From Gekko japonicus (Eukaryota), in NCBI RefSeq assembly GCF_001447785.1, contig NW_015163130.1, positions 354,814 through 418,813 of the forward strand: DNA of 64,000 bases, read 5' to 3'. Positions 23,866 through 36,163 of the stretch are shown in pieces. The stretch's first letter is position 1. Each line of letters opens with the position of its first letter. The notes under the pieces are model-generated. The model was not told where the DNA came from. It did not search any database and saw only the letters and a list, made by a program, of their open reading frames with translations. The position numbers were made by a program, and so were the translations under genes.

Positions 23866-24238
23866 ATGAATGACAGGAGAGAAATCTCATGTTCCTTGTA
23901 AAGTGGTTGCTGCTCGTTAACAATAAATAATAACAACATCTTATCATGTTCCTCAGGGCAAACCTGAGACATCTACACCAGACTTATTTCATTCCTCCCT
24001 CCTCAAGCTAACCACCTTTTTTTAGAGTGACGGTTATCTAGACACCTGCTGTGGAATGAATGACAGGAGAGAAATCCCATGTTCCTTGTAAAGTGGTTGC
24101 TGCTTGTTAACAATAAATAATAACAACATCTTATGTTCCTCAGGGCAAACCTGAGACATCTACACCAGACTTATTTCATTCCTCCCTCCTCAAGCTAACC
24201 ACCTTTTTTTAGAGTGACAGATCTAGACACCTGCTGTG
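23866..24238. repeat. ~190-bp direct tandem duplication (2 copies)
   Basis: atgaatgacaggagagaaatc...ctagacacctgctgtg occurs twice with a few substitutions and two small indels. Confidence 0.9.
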
Positions 24239-24349
24239 CTTAATTTGCATCAAACTTCAATATCTTGATCAGTACAGGAAGAGAAATTANNNNNNNNNNN
24301 NNNNNNNNNNNNNNNNNNNNNNNNNNNNNNNNNNNNNNNNNNNNNNNNN

Positions 24350-25032
24350 CGGCGCTGGGTGGTGCAGGTACGGCCGGGGGGGGGGGGGGGGCTAAGAGGT
24401 AAGGCACAGTGAGGTGGTGCTGGAGGTGGGCTCCTTTGACCACATGGTTCACTTATTTACAATTAACCAGGCTATGGCACCATGCTGGCAAACAGGACTC
24501 CAAGTTCCTGCCTCGACTGCTGAAATCTGGTGGAAACTATCAGAATTTTTAGTGGAATGACATGGTTTTAGTGTGGCCATCCAACTTCCATCTAAGCAAA
24601 GAAATTGACTCCAGACTACAAAATGTGGTGATTTAAGACTCCAGCTGCTAAGTGACATAAAACCAGACACTGGGAAGTTGGTATCACTTCATCAAGCCCA
24701 TGCATTGCATTAAGAATTTACTGAACAGTGAAATGGTTACTAAATGTGGTATCTGAGAGTCTTGCTAAATGACTATCAGTCTTTGAAAAGCTGGTATCAC
24801 TAAGTCAGGTTCATCCATTTTGCTGAATAAATTAAACGAAAAAGTTCTAATCGCATTTTGAATAAATGCACAATTACTTGTTACTGTTCTGATTGAATTC
24901 TGTTGCTACTGTCTTCCTTAGTGGGTCATGTGAACCATTTTTCTGAATAGTGCTTTTTATAGGGTAGGGGGCTTTGGGGATGATTTTATGGAATCAGGGG
25001 GGCAGTGGCTTGAAAAAGTTTGGGAACCACTG
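24350..25032. mobile_element. hAT (Charlie-like) non-autonomous element; left end probably lost in the gap
   Basis: Right terminus aaaagtttgggaaccactg corresponds to a CAGTGGTTCCCAAAC-type TIR. Confidence 0.5.
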
Positions 25033-25769
25033 CTTAGGGTTAACTACAGGCCCAGTTTAAATCATTTACTCACAGTTGTGGAGCTTACAGGGTGGGATGG
25101 GGACAAGTTACTTTCTCTGCCTTGCAAGGTTATGCAAGGATAAATGGAAGAAAGAAGAAACCCTATATTTGGTACCGGAGCTTCTTACAAGGAACAGATG
25201 CGGCAGACGTGTGCTGTGGAAGAAGCTCATGGAGTTACTGTGGTTCCCTAGCAGCACTAGAACTCTCCCTCCCCCACCCCATAATGAGGAGGCATCATCA
25301 GCTATCGTTGGCACCAACTAAGTCCAGCCTGTTTTAAACCTGCTCATGAGTGTGTTATGACAACGGCACACACAAAAATAGTACCATGTTAAGTACAGAA
25401 ATATTTTCCAAAGAGCCTTTGAAGTCCAGGATGAAACTGGACCATCAGTTAGAAAGCAGAAAGACCATGCAATTGTCTGCACAGAAAATGCAAATTGCAA
25501 ATTTGTGCAGTCACACAAGGGCTGAACCCTTAACCTTCACTTGGGTTTGCTTTCATTTTTTTACTAGCGTTTTTCATCTTTTATAATGCATTGCCACAAG
25601 GGCTTGGCCCTGGCTAGCTCAGGCCCAGGAGAAGTCATCAGTCACACCATGCTGCTGGTAGATAGAACCGAGGCATGCCCCAGGGGCACAAGAGTTGCTT
25701 CACTATGCCTCCCCCAGCCTGTCAGATGGAAAGAGATACAGACTCCTGGTGGATGTTAAGGAGTAAACT

Positions 25770-26050
25770 CCCCTCTCCCTTCCTGTTGGCAGCAGAGGAT
25801 AGGACTCGCAAGAATGAGTTTAAATTAAGGGCAGGAAGTTACCGACTGGAAATTAGGAAAAACTTGTTTACAGTAAGAGTAGTGCAACGAAGGGATCAGC
25901 TGCCTAGGGAGGTGGTGAGCTCCCTCTCCCTGGCAGTCTTTAAGCAGCATCTGGACAAACACTTGTCAGGGATGCTCTAGGCGGATCCTGCATTGAGCAG
26001 GGGGTTGGACTGCATGGCCTGGATGGCCCCTTCCAACTCCGTGATTCTCT
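25770..26050 (+). mobile_element. CR1 LINE 3' end
   Basis: EDRTRKNEFKL...IRKNLFTVRVV...LPREVVSSLSLAVFKQHLDKHL, then ggccccttccaactccgtgattct. Confidence 0.85.
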
Positions 26051-26922
26051 GCACAGCTCCAAGGCACATTGAGGCTACACAAGCCTGCCACTTGCATTTA
26101 GGGACTGAGTCAGATGTATCATTTTGATCTCATCTGCTGGAGCTCACCACACTCATTTTCAGCTTCATCTCTGGGCCTTACTCCAACATCCAAAATGATC
26201 ACTAATGATGGCTGCAGCCTAAAAGCAGCACAGATGTTGTCGACTCACAGAGCTGCAAAATTGCTGGAACTCTTAACACTGACAGAAGATTTGGCTACAG
26301 CACACTTCTGCTGCTGGAAGTCGGCCAGATAAAATAGCAGGGCCAGCCTGCAAGTACCTGCTGGGATAAGAAGATTTTCCTTCTGTTCAAGGCATATGGA
26401 AAGCTGGGGCTGTCAATACAACAGAGGGCTCTGTACTGCCCACAGTCAGATACCCAATCCTTAGCCTGCTACTGTCAATCCACTGCTGCTCATCCTCCTT
26501 CTATGCAACTGAAAGCTGCCAGTCAAGAACCCTCCCAGTTGGCATTTCTCCCCAGGAGGCCCCCCCCCCATTTGATGGGGTTAACAGACTCCAGCACCTT
26601 TCTTCAAGGTTGTTTCTGACAGCCCTGAGAGTCTAATTATCCTGTCTGCCTCTTAGGCAGTTTTCTCCTCTTCCACCCACCTTCAAACCTTATTCCAGTG
26701 ACACCTTTTGAGGCAGAGCCTAGAATTCCTTTCTTTTAGTTCTCGGAGGAACTCTCCTCCTCCTGCCCATCTGTCACAACAGTCCAACCAAAGAGGTCAC
26801 GTAAGGCATCCCCTTTCCTACCAAGATGCCTCCAAGTAGAGACAGGTCATCAACATCAACAATAAGCCCCCATACCCATCCATCTCCCTTCCAGAACACT
26901 TTTGTAATTTCAGCAGCTAGCT

Positions 26923-27038
26923 TTTATTTAGAAATTAGGGGTGGGGTGGGGGGCTGTTTTGTCACCTCTGTCCCAAAAATGTAGTAGAAGCATTCAAGCT
27001 AGTCAGCATACGATGAAAGGGAATGCTTAAAGTTTATT
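26923..27038 (-). terminator. Two candidate ASTL poly(A) signals (AATAAA at 27033-27038 and 26923-26928)
   Basis: tttatt hexamers ~190 and ~300 nt downstream of the ASTL stop. Confidence 0.5.
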
Positions 27039-27223
27039 TTGCTCATTTGTACAAGGATGGCTACAAATAAGGAGGTGGCCAATCCATAATGGAGCGCACG
27101 TTCCTTTCAGGATGCTTCTTTTTGATTTCACCTCCAAGTCCCTGGGATTCAGGTGCCCAGGCTGGCAATTCATCCTCAGGGTCACTGTCATGTGCTTTGC
27201 TATTTTCTCTCTAGCAAAGACTT

Positions 27224-30200
27224 CTAACCAAGCTGATGGCCAGAAGTTGGGTTCTCTACAGGAGAGTGGGTTCTGTGCTCTGGTGCTACTTCCTTCATTT
27301 GGATCATTTCTTCCTGTCTCATTGCAGTGTGGGTCTCTGAGGCTGGCACTGATGCCTCTGCAGAGGGACCAAGTAGCTCCCCATTGCCTACCGCTGAAGG
27401 ACTCCCTTTGATTGGAAGGAGCCCACTGTAGCCATTTCCCCCTTTTAGATCTTGGCTTCCTTGGCTTACATGTGGCCTATGGTACTTCAATTGAATTCTA
27501 ACTTCATTCGGGCTGAGAGTTTGGGGATCCACCAGTGAGACTCCTGTGGTAGCAGTAACTCCTTCAGTGGACTCCATATCTGTCAGATACATACCTTTGG
27601 AACTTATCTCCAAATGAAGGGTTGTCTTGGTCTTCTCGCTGTCAGGAACAGAAAGGGCCATTTCTGTTGTTCTTCCATCACCTGGTATGGGGCTTCCCAT
27701 CATCTCCAAGACTAGTTTTCTGGTGGGACCAACTGAGATGTTCATTGCCTCTTTCTTTCCATTGATAATTGTGGGTTCTTCCATGAAGGAAGGACTGGAG
27801 GGTGCATAACCAGACTGAGAAGCAAGTCTAACAGCTGTATTGGTAGCTGCTATAATACCTGCACCATTCTGTGCAGCCGTCTCTGATCCCAAGTTTAAAT
27901 TCATTGCAGTAGTCATTTCTCCTAATACAAATACTCCACTCTTCCCTTTTTCCAGGAAGGGCTTTGTCTGTCTCCCTTCCACAGTTTTATATGTTGGCCA
28001 GATAGTTTCAGGTTCTAGTGAGAGTTGTGGGATTCCTATCAGTTTTGTCTCAGAGTGTCCTTCATGAAGTCCCAGGGGGAAAGCTCTAGCAGAAGGCATC
28101 CTGTAGATTTCAGTGCTGGCATAAGTCTCCAAGTCAGCTTCCCCACTTTTCTTGGTATCTCTGCTTGTGAGGTCTCTTGCCTCAATTGGTATACTTGCTT
28201 GGATTTCCAAAGTCTGTATAGGAACAGCACTGGTTGAGTATGCCATGGATGCAGTTATGTTACCTCCTGTAGATGGTAGAGTTTCCTTTATAGGGCTGAT
28301 AGTAGAAGGTTCCCCTCTGTAGCTTACAACCTTGGGAGACTTCGGCAAGCCAGGGGTCACAGGCAGAGTCGTCCCTCTAGTGGTAGCATGAGACATTGCT
28401 GCTGACTGCATGTCTAGTAAAGGAGGGACAGTGGCCCTTTGGGCAAAGTCTTTCTCAGCGTCAGCTGTGGCCCATTTCACCCCAAGAAGCATCTCTTCTG
28501 TGGTATTTGCTAAATTAATAGGTTCCTCTTCTGTGAAGGGGCTCATTTCTCTAGGCTTAGAAGCGAATTTATGCAGGAATTGTGGAGATAAACTCTCAGA
28601 ACTCCCTGTAGATTGCATATTCCACAGTAGAGGAGGCTTTGTTTGTTCTTCTGTGTACTTCAAAGTTTGGTTACCAAGAGCCAAAGTGGTAGAAAAACTG
28701 GAAGGACCAATACTGGAAACTCCTGAAGTCCCTTCACTTGTTATTGTGATCTCTGAAATCTCCCTCTTATATGGCATTGTATGCTCCTGCTTACTCACTT
28801 TAAGTATTTCCACAAAATTGCCAAATCCAGTACTCTTGGTCGGGTTTCCAGACCCACTCGACCAGAAGAGGGCAGTTCTGGTTTCATGCATGGGCACAAG
28901 CATCCCTTCCAAGATGGAGCCATGTTCTTTGACTTCTGTTCCGGGACTTGGTTGGCTAGTAGACCCCAGTTTGAACTGTCTGTCTAGGAATGACAATCCC
29001 TTAGTTTTAAGTTCCGTGTTGGAAGATTTTGTTCCAGATGATGAAGCAACCATTTCTTGTCTCGGAGACATTGCTTTCCTTCGCCTGGCTTGTGTATCAC
29101 CATTCTGTGCTCCAGTAATGCCAGCTACTAGCGAGAAGTTAGTATGCGGCTGTGGGGTCTCTGCCCAACCAACCTGGGTGTAGGATGGCATTTGGCTCTT
29201 CTCTGACTCTCTGGTCAATGCTCCCTGCATAGATTCCTTTCCATGGGCCTCAGTTTGTTCAGTTCCAACTGGGATTTGGCTTTCGGTTTCTTCCCCCTGA
29301 CTCACAGTAACCTTTGGTTCTATAGACGTGCTCTGCATGGCTGTAGCAAATACTGTTTCTATGGTTTGGTTTACTTGTGGTCCTTCAGCTTGTACACCTG
29401 TAGTGGATGTAGTCAGTCTTCCAACAAGAGTTCTGAGCCCATATGTTGCAGTGTTACTTGGCTGTCCAAGAATTTGAGACCAAGAAGCCCCTAGCAGAGG
29501 GGTTCTTTCTGTGGGGAGCATGGCCTGGTTGGTTTCCATTGCTAGTGAAGCTGGCTCTGTAAAGGAATGTGAGTTGATTTTAGTTGGAGCTTGGCCAGAT
29601 TGCATTGGCATTTCAGTAGCTTGTACCCATTCAGTCTCGAAGAGAGAGCCTGAAGGTGTAACATTCTCTTCCCACCTACCCTTTCTTGTCAAACTAGCAG
29701 GCGGTAGAGAAGACCACTCCACTTCCATAGAAGGCACTGTAGGACCACTTTGAGAGAGAATGGCCTCCTTCCTTCTTGAAGCAGCAAGATGGCTTGTGAT
29801 CAGGGCCCAAGACGTGGCTGCAGCAGTAGCACCAACCTGGCCAAGGTGATGGTCTTGAACTGAACTTCCAAGGGCTAGAGCTTCCTCAGTATAAGGCATT
29901 TGTTCAAAATCATTTCCTGGAGAACTTCTTCTGGTGTTGGAGTGCTGGGCGTATACTGGTCTACTCTCCTTTGTTCTGTAGGAACTTTCAACTTTGTCTT
30001 CTGCCATTCCACTGAGGATGCCGGTGGTAAAGGATACTTGGCTCCCTGCTTCACTGCTCATGATTGCTTCCACTCCAGCAGCACGTGAAGCAGCAGCTGA
30101 GTTCTCAGAAACTTTTGGAGAGGTTGCTGCATGCACAGAGCTTGTTACTTTAGTCTGAACACCCTCCATCAGGGGCACAGACGTGAAATTGCCAAGTTCA

Positions 30201-31047
30201 TTTCCAGAGCTGCTGACTGATTGCGGGACTAGCTCCTCTGATTGTTTCTCCATCAGAGTAAACACGTATCCCTCAGTTGAGTGCAGAGGGCCATTTACAT
30301 CTTCAGACTCACTGCTCCCCATTACCAGTAGACTTCTTGTCTCTATAGGGGTAGAGGCTTCTGTCACATATTCTGCATGTGTGGCTCTCATGCTAGAAAG
30401 AGGCCAGTACAGAGCTTTCTCACTAGGCCTTGTAGCAGTTCTCTGGACAATTTCATTTAGAAGTGAAGCTGGACTTCTGGTCCCAAAGGAAGTGACATGT
30501 TTCACTTGAGGAGCAGTTCTTGTCATGGCGTCAGTAGTCTTTTGCTGACTTGGTGAGTAGGCCCCTTCAAAGTCTGAGGCCTTGGTTTTTAGCTCTTTTG
30601 CACTACTGGTTAGTTTCTCCAGAGCTTGCCACAGTGTGCTCCTCTGAGCTACCTGAACTTCTGTTTCTGTGGGCTGGGCTTCAGATGGCACTCCCTGAGC
30701 CACCGTTAGGTACTCCATTTTGCTGGCAGCCCCTGGAGGCGGTAGGGTTTGGTCATGCCTCTCTTGGGTCAATGTAGCTGCCAACGGAATTTTTGTTGTT
30801 GGGGTTCCTATTTCATCAGAGCCTTTCCCAGTAGGAGTATTCAACAGCTGGTTAATATCCACTTTGGTTTGGTCTTCTGGCTTCTGAAGAGTCTCTCTAG
30901 CAGGATGGGCCATTTCTGTGGCCTCAGTGATTGATCTAAGACTCTGGGCAGTGGAGAGTTTGATTTGGTTCACAGTTGTGCAGGGCTCTGGTTCATGTGG
31001 AATGAAGTCCTTTATTTTCTCCTGCAGAATTTTCTCTGTTGAAGTTT
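27224..31047 (-). CDS. ASTL: Ovastacin exon 9: giant terminal exon encoding a ~1,270-aa Ser/Thr/Glu-rich tail
   Basis: The 1249-aa ORF 27224-30973 stays open upstream to a phase-1 acceptor (ttcatcttaag|AA at 31047; alternative caacag|AG at 31035) that matches the phase-1 donor of exon 8. Confidence 0.8.
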
Positions 31048-31199
31048 CTTAAGATGAACACAGTAGATTAGAGCATCCCTCACCTTACCCGTATATCCTT
31101 TGTTCCCAGCCATGTGTTAAACTAGCATAATTAGGACTACTTCAGCTTTACTCCCCATGTACAACAATAGAAATGCAAGAATGCAACCAATTGTAGGCA

Positions 31200-31635
31200 T
31201 TCCATCCCAACCTGGTGGAATGAGCTCCCACTAGAGGTCAGGGCCCTGTGAGACCGTTTACAGTTCTGCAAGGCCTGTAAGACAGAGCTCTTCCGCCAGG
31301 CTTTTGGTTGTGGCAGCGGACATCAAGTATCATCTGGCCCCTCCTGCTACCATGCTGTTACCATCTGCTACAATCCATCATGGTCTTCTATTTTTGAGGC
31401 TCAGAATGATAACCCCCCCACCTTAACTGGGGTTGGGTATTTACCATCCAGAATCCCGCATGGGACTTAAGCCTCTCTGTTTTAAATTGACTAACACCGG
31501 GGCATCATAGTAATAGGTGTGTGATAGTCTGATCACCATCATTTAAGGATTTAAGTTTTATAGTTTTAATCTCTGGTTTTATTGTTCTGCCTATTCATGG
31601 GGGGGGGCAGGATAGACATTGAACCAAATAAATAA
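31200..31635 (+). mobile_element. L2-clade LINE 3' end in ASTL intron 8
   Basis: cctggtggaatgagctccc...ggcctgtaagacagagctcttccgccagg...aaataaataaa, same family as 826-2070. Confidence 0.6.
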
Positions 31636-31953
31636 AATTGTACGCTCAGGGAGTCACAACTGTGCTTCCCCTCATCACAAAGTGGCCTCCAACAGCATAC
31701 AGGGGCTTCCAGTAGTTGGCCTCTGAGAAGCTGTTAACTATGAGGTCGAAAGGCCATAAAATACCCCCCCACACACTGCAAAGACATTGGCTTAGCCACA
31801 GCTCCCCAAAACCAAGATTGCTAACTGAACTGCTTTAATCTACTGGAGGTTTTTAACCCATCAAGTCAGAACAGAAGATGCTGTCCTGAACCGATTGCTA
31901 CCCACCCGTCTCCAGAGATGGCAGCCTGTACTGATCTTCTTTCAATTCCTTAC

Positions 31954-32082
31954 CTGGCTGCAGGGCCACCTGAGAACACTTGTAGAGCTTGTTGACTCTG
32001 GCAATATCTGAACTGCTCAAGTTCCACCGCTGACCCAGGAAGGCGTGAGAATTGGAGAGTGGTGTGATGGTAGGCAGGCCAG
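31954..32082 (-). CDS. ASTL: Ovastacin exon 8 (5' end lost in gap 32083-32136)
   Basis: [42 protein letters not shown], donor CAG|GTAAGG. Confidence 0.92.
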
Positions 32083-32450
32083 NNNNNNNNNNNNNNNNNN
32101 NNNNNNNNNNNNNNNNNNNNNNNNNNNNNNNNNNNNATTCTCCATGTCCTGATGACTCTCCTGTAGTTAAGCTATCCTGCATAGGTCCCGATTACCAGCA
32201 GCTCCCTTGCAGTTGTCTTAAGAGAGCTCATGTAACTTTGAAGGGCAGACTGAGTGGCATGCATTTTCCATGACTTGGAGGCCATGTGCATGTATGTTTT
32301 AAGGTGGAGACCTCTTCAGGTGAGTGGGGACAGTATAGTCCAGTGCTAGGGCTTGAGACACAAGAGAACTCTGCCCTTGCAAGAGCAACATCTCCGTTAA
32401 CATGGAATGTCTCTTCAACAATACAGAAACTTTTTTTTAGTAGCTGGGTG

Positions 32451-32656
32451 CAATGTTCCCTCTAAACTATGGAGTCTTGTGAGCAAAAATTCTAGTGTGT
32501 GAGCTACTGGCATTAAAGTTGTGAGTAAGCGATTTGGATACTGCATAAATTAGTTTGCTTTGGAGCCATCCTTCCTGAGCTGAGACTAAAATATGTGAGC
32601 TGGAGGCTAAAAAGCTGTGAGCTGGCTCATACTAACTCAGCTTAGAGGGAACACTG
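32451..32656. mobile_element. ~205-bp hAT MITE (CAGTGTTCCCTCTAAG TIR) with 8-bp TSD
   Basis: caatgttccctctaa...cttagagggaacactg flanked by gctgggtg on both sides. Confidence 0.9.
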
Positions 32657-33062
32657 GCTGGGTGGATGGAAACTTTCCACAACCCCCTCCATCAAAAAAA
32701 AAGTTTAGGTAAAGTTTTATAGAGTTTGGGGGCTTATATAAAACATTTTGATCCCATCGTTCTTCCAAGGAGCTCATATATTTTTTCCTCCTTTCCCCAT
32801 TTTATCCTCACAACCTTAGGATCACAGAGTCAGAAGGGATCTCCAAGATTATCTAGTCCAACCGCCTGCACATTTCAGGAAATTCACAAATACCTCCCCC
32901 CCCCATACCTTGTGGGGTAAATTAGGCTGGCAGCCAGCAGAGGGCTGGGCTAAAATCACCAAGGAAGGCTTATGGCTTTAGGGGGTCTTGAACCCCGGTC
33001 TCCCAGCTCCCGCCCAGCACTCTAACCACTTTACTACTCTGGTCTTATACAGGCTTCCTTAC

Positions 33063-33144
33063 CTGCCATAATGCATGACAGATGAGTAGTCATAGTCTAC
33101 TAGCATGTTGGTGTTCCAAGACTTCATGAAGTTGATTTCAAAGC
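33063..33144 (-). CDS. ASTL: Ovastacin exon 7 (Met-turn)
   Basis: [27 protein letters not shown](R); acceptor cttccag|, donor |gtaagg; 82 nt. Confidence 0.95.
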
Positions 33145-33524
33145 CTGGAAGACAAGGAAATTATGTACAGTGATGTGATCTTCATGGCCCTAACGTGGCA
33201 ATAATTAATGGAGTTCCAGTTGGTCTCCAAGCTGGGGCTTTGCTCTGAACAGCAGCCCTGTACTAGGACAGAGCAGCACCCAAATAGCCTTTTGCCTCAA
33301 CTAAGAGGCATCTTGGGGAGCTGTTCCCCTACAATGGAGGGTTACGGGTGCCAAGGAGAGAGAGGAGGTAGACACCTTTAAGCCTGTGCATGTGAACAGA
33401 GGGGAGCCTACAGACCATGCAAACGTGCACACAAACGACAGCCTGACTCAAAGCAAAAATCTCTTCCATTTGGTGCTTCACATTATTAAAAGTGGTTCAC
33501 CAATACATTTGCACTAATGTATTT

Positions 33525-33856
33525 AGCTGTGGTGGCTCAAGTGGTTAAGACGCTGAACTGCAGGCTGTGGAAGGTTGGTAGTTCAGCAGTTCGAGACCTG
33601 AGTTGCCACATGACGGAGTGAGCTCCTGTCTCTAGTTCCAGCTCCTGCCAACCTAGCAGTTCGAAAGCAAGAAATTGCAAGTAGATAAATAGGTACCACT
33701 TTGGTGGGAAGGTAACAGCGTTCCGTGCACCTTGGTGTTTAGTCATGCCAGCCACATGACCACGGAAATGTCTTCGGCTTTGAAACGGAGATGAGCACCG
33801 CAACCCTAGAGTCGGACTCGACTGGCTTTCGAGCAAGGGAACCTTTACTTTATTTA
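33525..33856 (+). mobile_element. Sauria SINE (Squam1)
   Basis: tRNA-like head gtggctcaagtggttaag, body cctgccaacctagcagttcgaaagc...gtagataaataggtacc, Bov-B-like end and acctttac tail. Confidence 0.9.
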
Positions 33857-34228
33857 CACTAACAGCTTCAGTCTTTTCTCCCCTGGGAAATATAGTTTTG
33901 AAGAGAGGACTGTTTTTTGCATCCTTGCATTATAATTGCCAGTACTGTATCAGAAGCCAGTTATGTATATGGAGGACCATATACATTTGTAGCACGTAAA
34001 GATGTCCTACAGTTGAATTGTTTCAAACAGGTGTTTTATCAAATCTGATAGGGGATCAACAGCAAAGAAAGCATGTCTAGACCATGGAAATCACATCCCC
34101 ATCATATGATTCCACTCTGAGAACTGCTTCTTCCAAGAGACAAGCTCAAGTTCTGCCACCCAAGTTCTCAGCCTTATTCCAATGAAACAATGTCCCTTGC
34201 GCAGTGGAAGAACTGAAGCAGTACTTGC

Positions 34229-34410
34229 CTGTCAAGATATCATTCCAGGAGATGCTGATATACTTGTCTCTGTCTGCTCTAGAGTGCTCATGCCAGAAGC
34301 CCAAGATGTGCATGAACTCATGCAGAGCCACTCCCTTCCCCCTCCTGAGGCAAGCAGGAGCCAACGACACCACCTGCATCCCACCAATGCGGCCAACATT
34401 GGAGAAGCAG
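34229..34410 (-). CDS. ASTL: Ovastacin exon 6 (zinc-binding motif)
   Basis: [60 protein letters not shown]; HExxHxxGxxH intact; donor is AG|GCAAGT (GC-AG intron). Confidence 0.95.
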
Positions 34411-34742
34411 CTGGGGAGAGAGGCACAGAGAGGCTAAGGGAGAGACCGGGAAAGGCAGAAGTTGCATTGCTATGAAATGACCATCCAGCCCTCTGACCAA
34501 ATTGTAGGGAGCCTTAATGTAGTCTGTTTCCATTTCTGTGAACATTTCAGTTGGTTCAACGGAGAAGTGAAGCTAATGCAATGCTCTTGTAAATGCTACT
34601 GCAAGTCAGCTGTAAATTTCCAGAAGCCAGCCACCATTGAGGAGTCATTGGATGCCAAGTAGCAATTGGTAGCCATTGGAATTTGCTATTGGGGTGGCAG
34701 TCTGCTTTGGCTCCAATGTTGCATAGCCCCTCTGCATGACTA

Positions 34743-34760
34743 AGCCCTCTAGTGGCGGCA
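34743..34760 (-). promoter_or_regulatory. Candidate CTCF site in ASTL intron 5
   Basis: Minus strand TGCCGCCACTAGAGGGCT. Confidence 0.45.
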
Positions 34761-34936
34761 CAATGCTGCAGAAAGAGCCCTGCAGGATCAAGTGTGTGTG
34801 TGTGTGTGTGTGTATGATCCCAAAGACTACAGGGGATGAATCTATCCAAATACCCCCCCCAGCTGTCTCTGTAGGCACTCCTCCCCCCCCTACACCTCAA
34901 AAGTGAGCCTCATTCTCTCCCCTGGTCACTACTAAC

Positions 34937-35054
34937 CCAGAGAGAGGAACGATGGAGATGAAGTCCCTCTGATAGGAATACGGGATGAAATTGATGCAGG
35001 TGAACTTGGCAAAGTCTTCGAAGGCTTCCTGGATTATCCTTGCACTGGGTTTAT
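34937..35054 (-). CDS. ASTL: Ovastacin exon 5
   Basis: DKPSARIIQEAFEDFAKFTCINFIPYSYQRDFISIVPLSG; acceptor cttcag|, donor |gttagt; 118 nt. Confidence 0.95.
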
Positions 35055-36072
35055 CTGAAGAGGTAACCAAAACAAGGTTAGCAGCAATGGAGCTGCAGTC
35101 CTGGCTGTATCCATTTTCCCAAAAGATAATCAGTAAGCTGGATTTGCTACTCGTTTTCTCCTTTATTTGCCAGACCCAACACATTCTATGTAGGCCTGTA
35201 GCGCTGTCTTTACATACATCATTACATCCACGGGTAGCACATCTCTGTGACCCTCCACTGTAAGATCTAAGGAATCAATGCCACATTCTAATGACAGGCT
35301 GCCAGTTTAATACAAACTTGTCATTGTGCAACAGAAATAGATTTGTGACCAGATGTCAGGCGTGATCCCAGAACTGGTAGGAGAGAGACTCATGTGGAGC
35401 AAAGAGCTCATTCTTGATGGCTATACTTGTTTGCCAAGTCCTCTAGTTTACCAGAGCTAGAAGCTTGACTCCCCCTTTAAAGAAACATGATAATCCCTAG
35501 GAATTTATCTTCTTCTCTTCCTACCCTATTGCATCGAAGCACTGATCCTGTACAGAGTTTACCCATCATACATTGTAATCCCGTGTGTGTTTATTCTGAA
35601 GTTAAACCCCCACAGTGTTCAGTGGGGCTTGCAGCCTGGTAAACAGGCACAGGAGTGCAGCTGTTGTGAGTCAGACTTGCACCAACTCTTATGGTGCCTC
35701 TACCCAGCTCTATGCAATTACTCCCTCCAGCTTCTAAATGTCATCACCAATGCCTGAAGGCAGGGAGTGGAACCTAGCCATGGCGGATGGGGAAAGCAAT
35801 TCATGAAAAGCAAGTCTGTAGGTTCAGCACTTGCATTTTGTGATGCTTTCATTTATTTACATAAGGTGAAACATGTTGGCAACACACACACACACCACTC
35901 TGGATGCACAGGAATTGGCGAGTCTTCCTCCAGTACCCCTTCGTTTAGATTCTGGTTCAACCCAGAAAGTAGAAGCAGAACCCTACTTGCTGTTTGTCAC
36001 AGCATGTCTTCCTTTACCCCCCCCCCACTGCCCCACATTCCTAAAGAGAACTTTCAAGAGACTGTTCCTCAC

Positions 36073-36163
36073 CATATTTGTGAGAGATAACATAAGGAAT
36101 CTGGACAATCCCACCCTTCTTTGGCCATCTTGGGTTGGCAGATGAAAATAGCCGGAACGGACG
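36073..36163 (-). CDS. ASTL: Ovastacin exon 4 (start of catalytic domain)
   Basis: RPFRLFSSANPRWPKKGGIVQIPYVISHKY; acceptor cctctag|, donor |gtgagg; 91 nt. Confidence 0.93.

Noticed and set aside
25300-27000. Further ASTL exons (MAM or CUB domains) downstream of the tail
   Set aside because: No recognisable domain motifs; the frames I read contain stops, and poly(A) signals lie upstream.
28410-29183. 257-aa plus-strand ORF and neighbours
   Set aside because: Antisense shadows of ASTL exon 9.
27224-30973. 1249-aa ORF as a stand-alone intronless gene
   Set aside because: It starts at GTG, lacks a signal peptide and promoter, and is phase-compatible with ASTL exon 8 less than 1 kb upstream.
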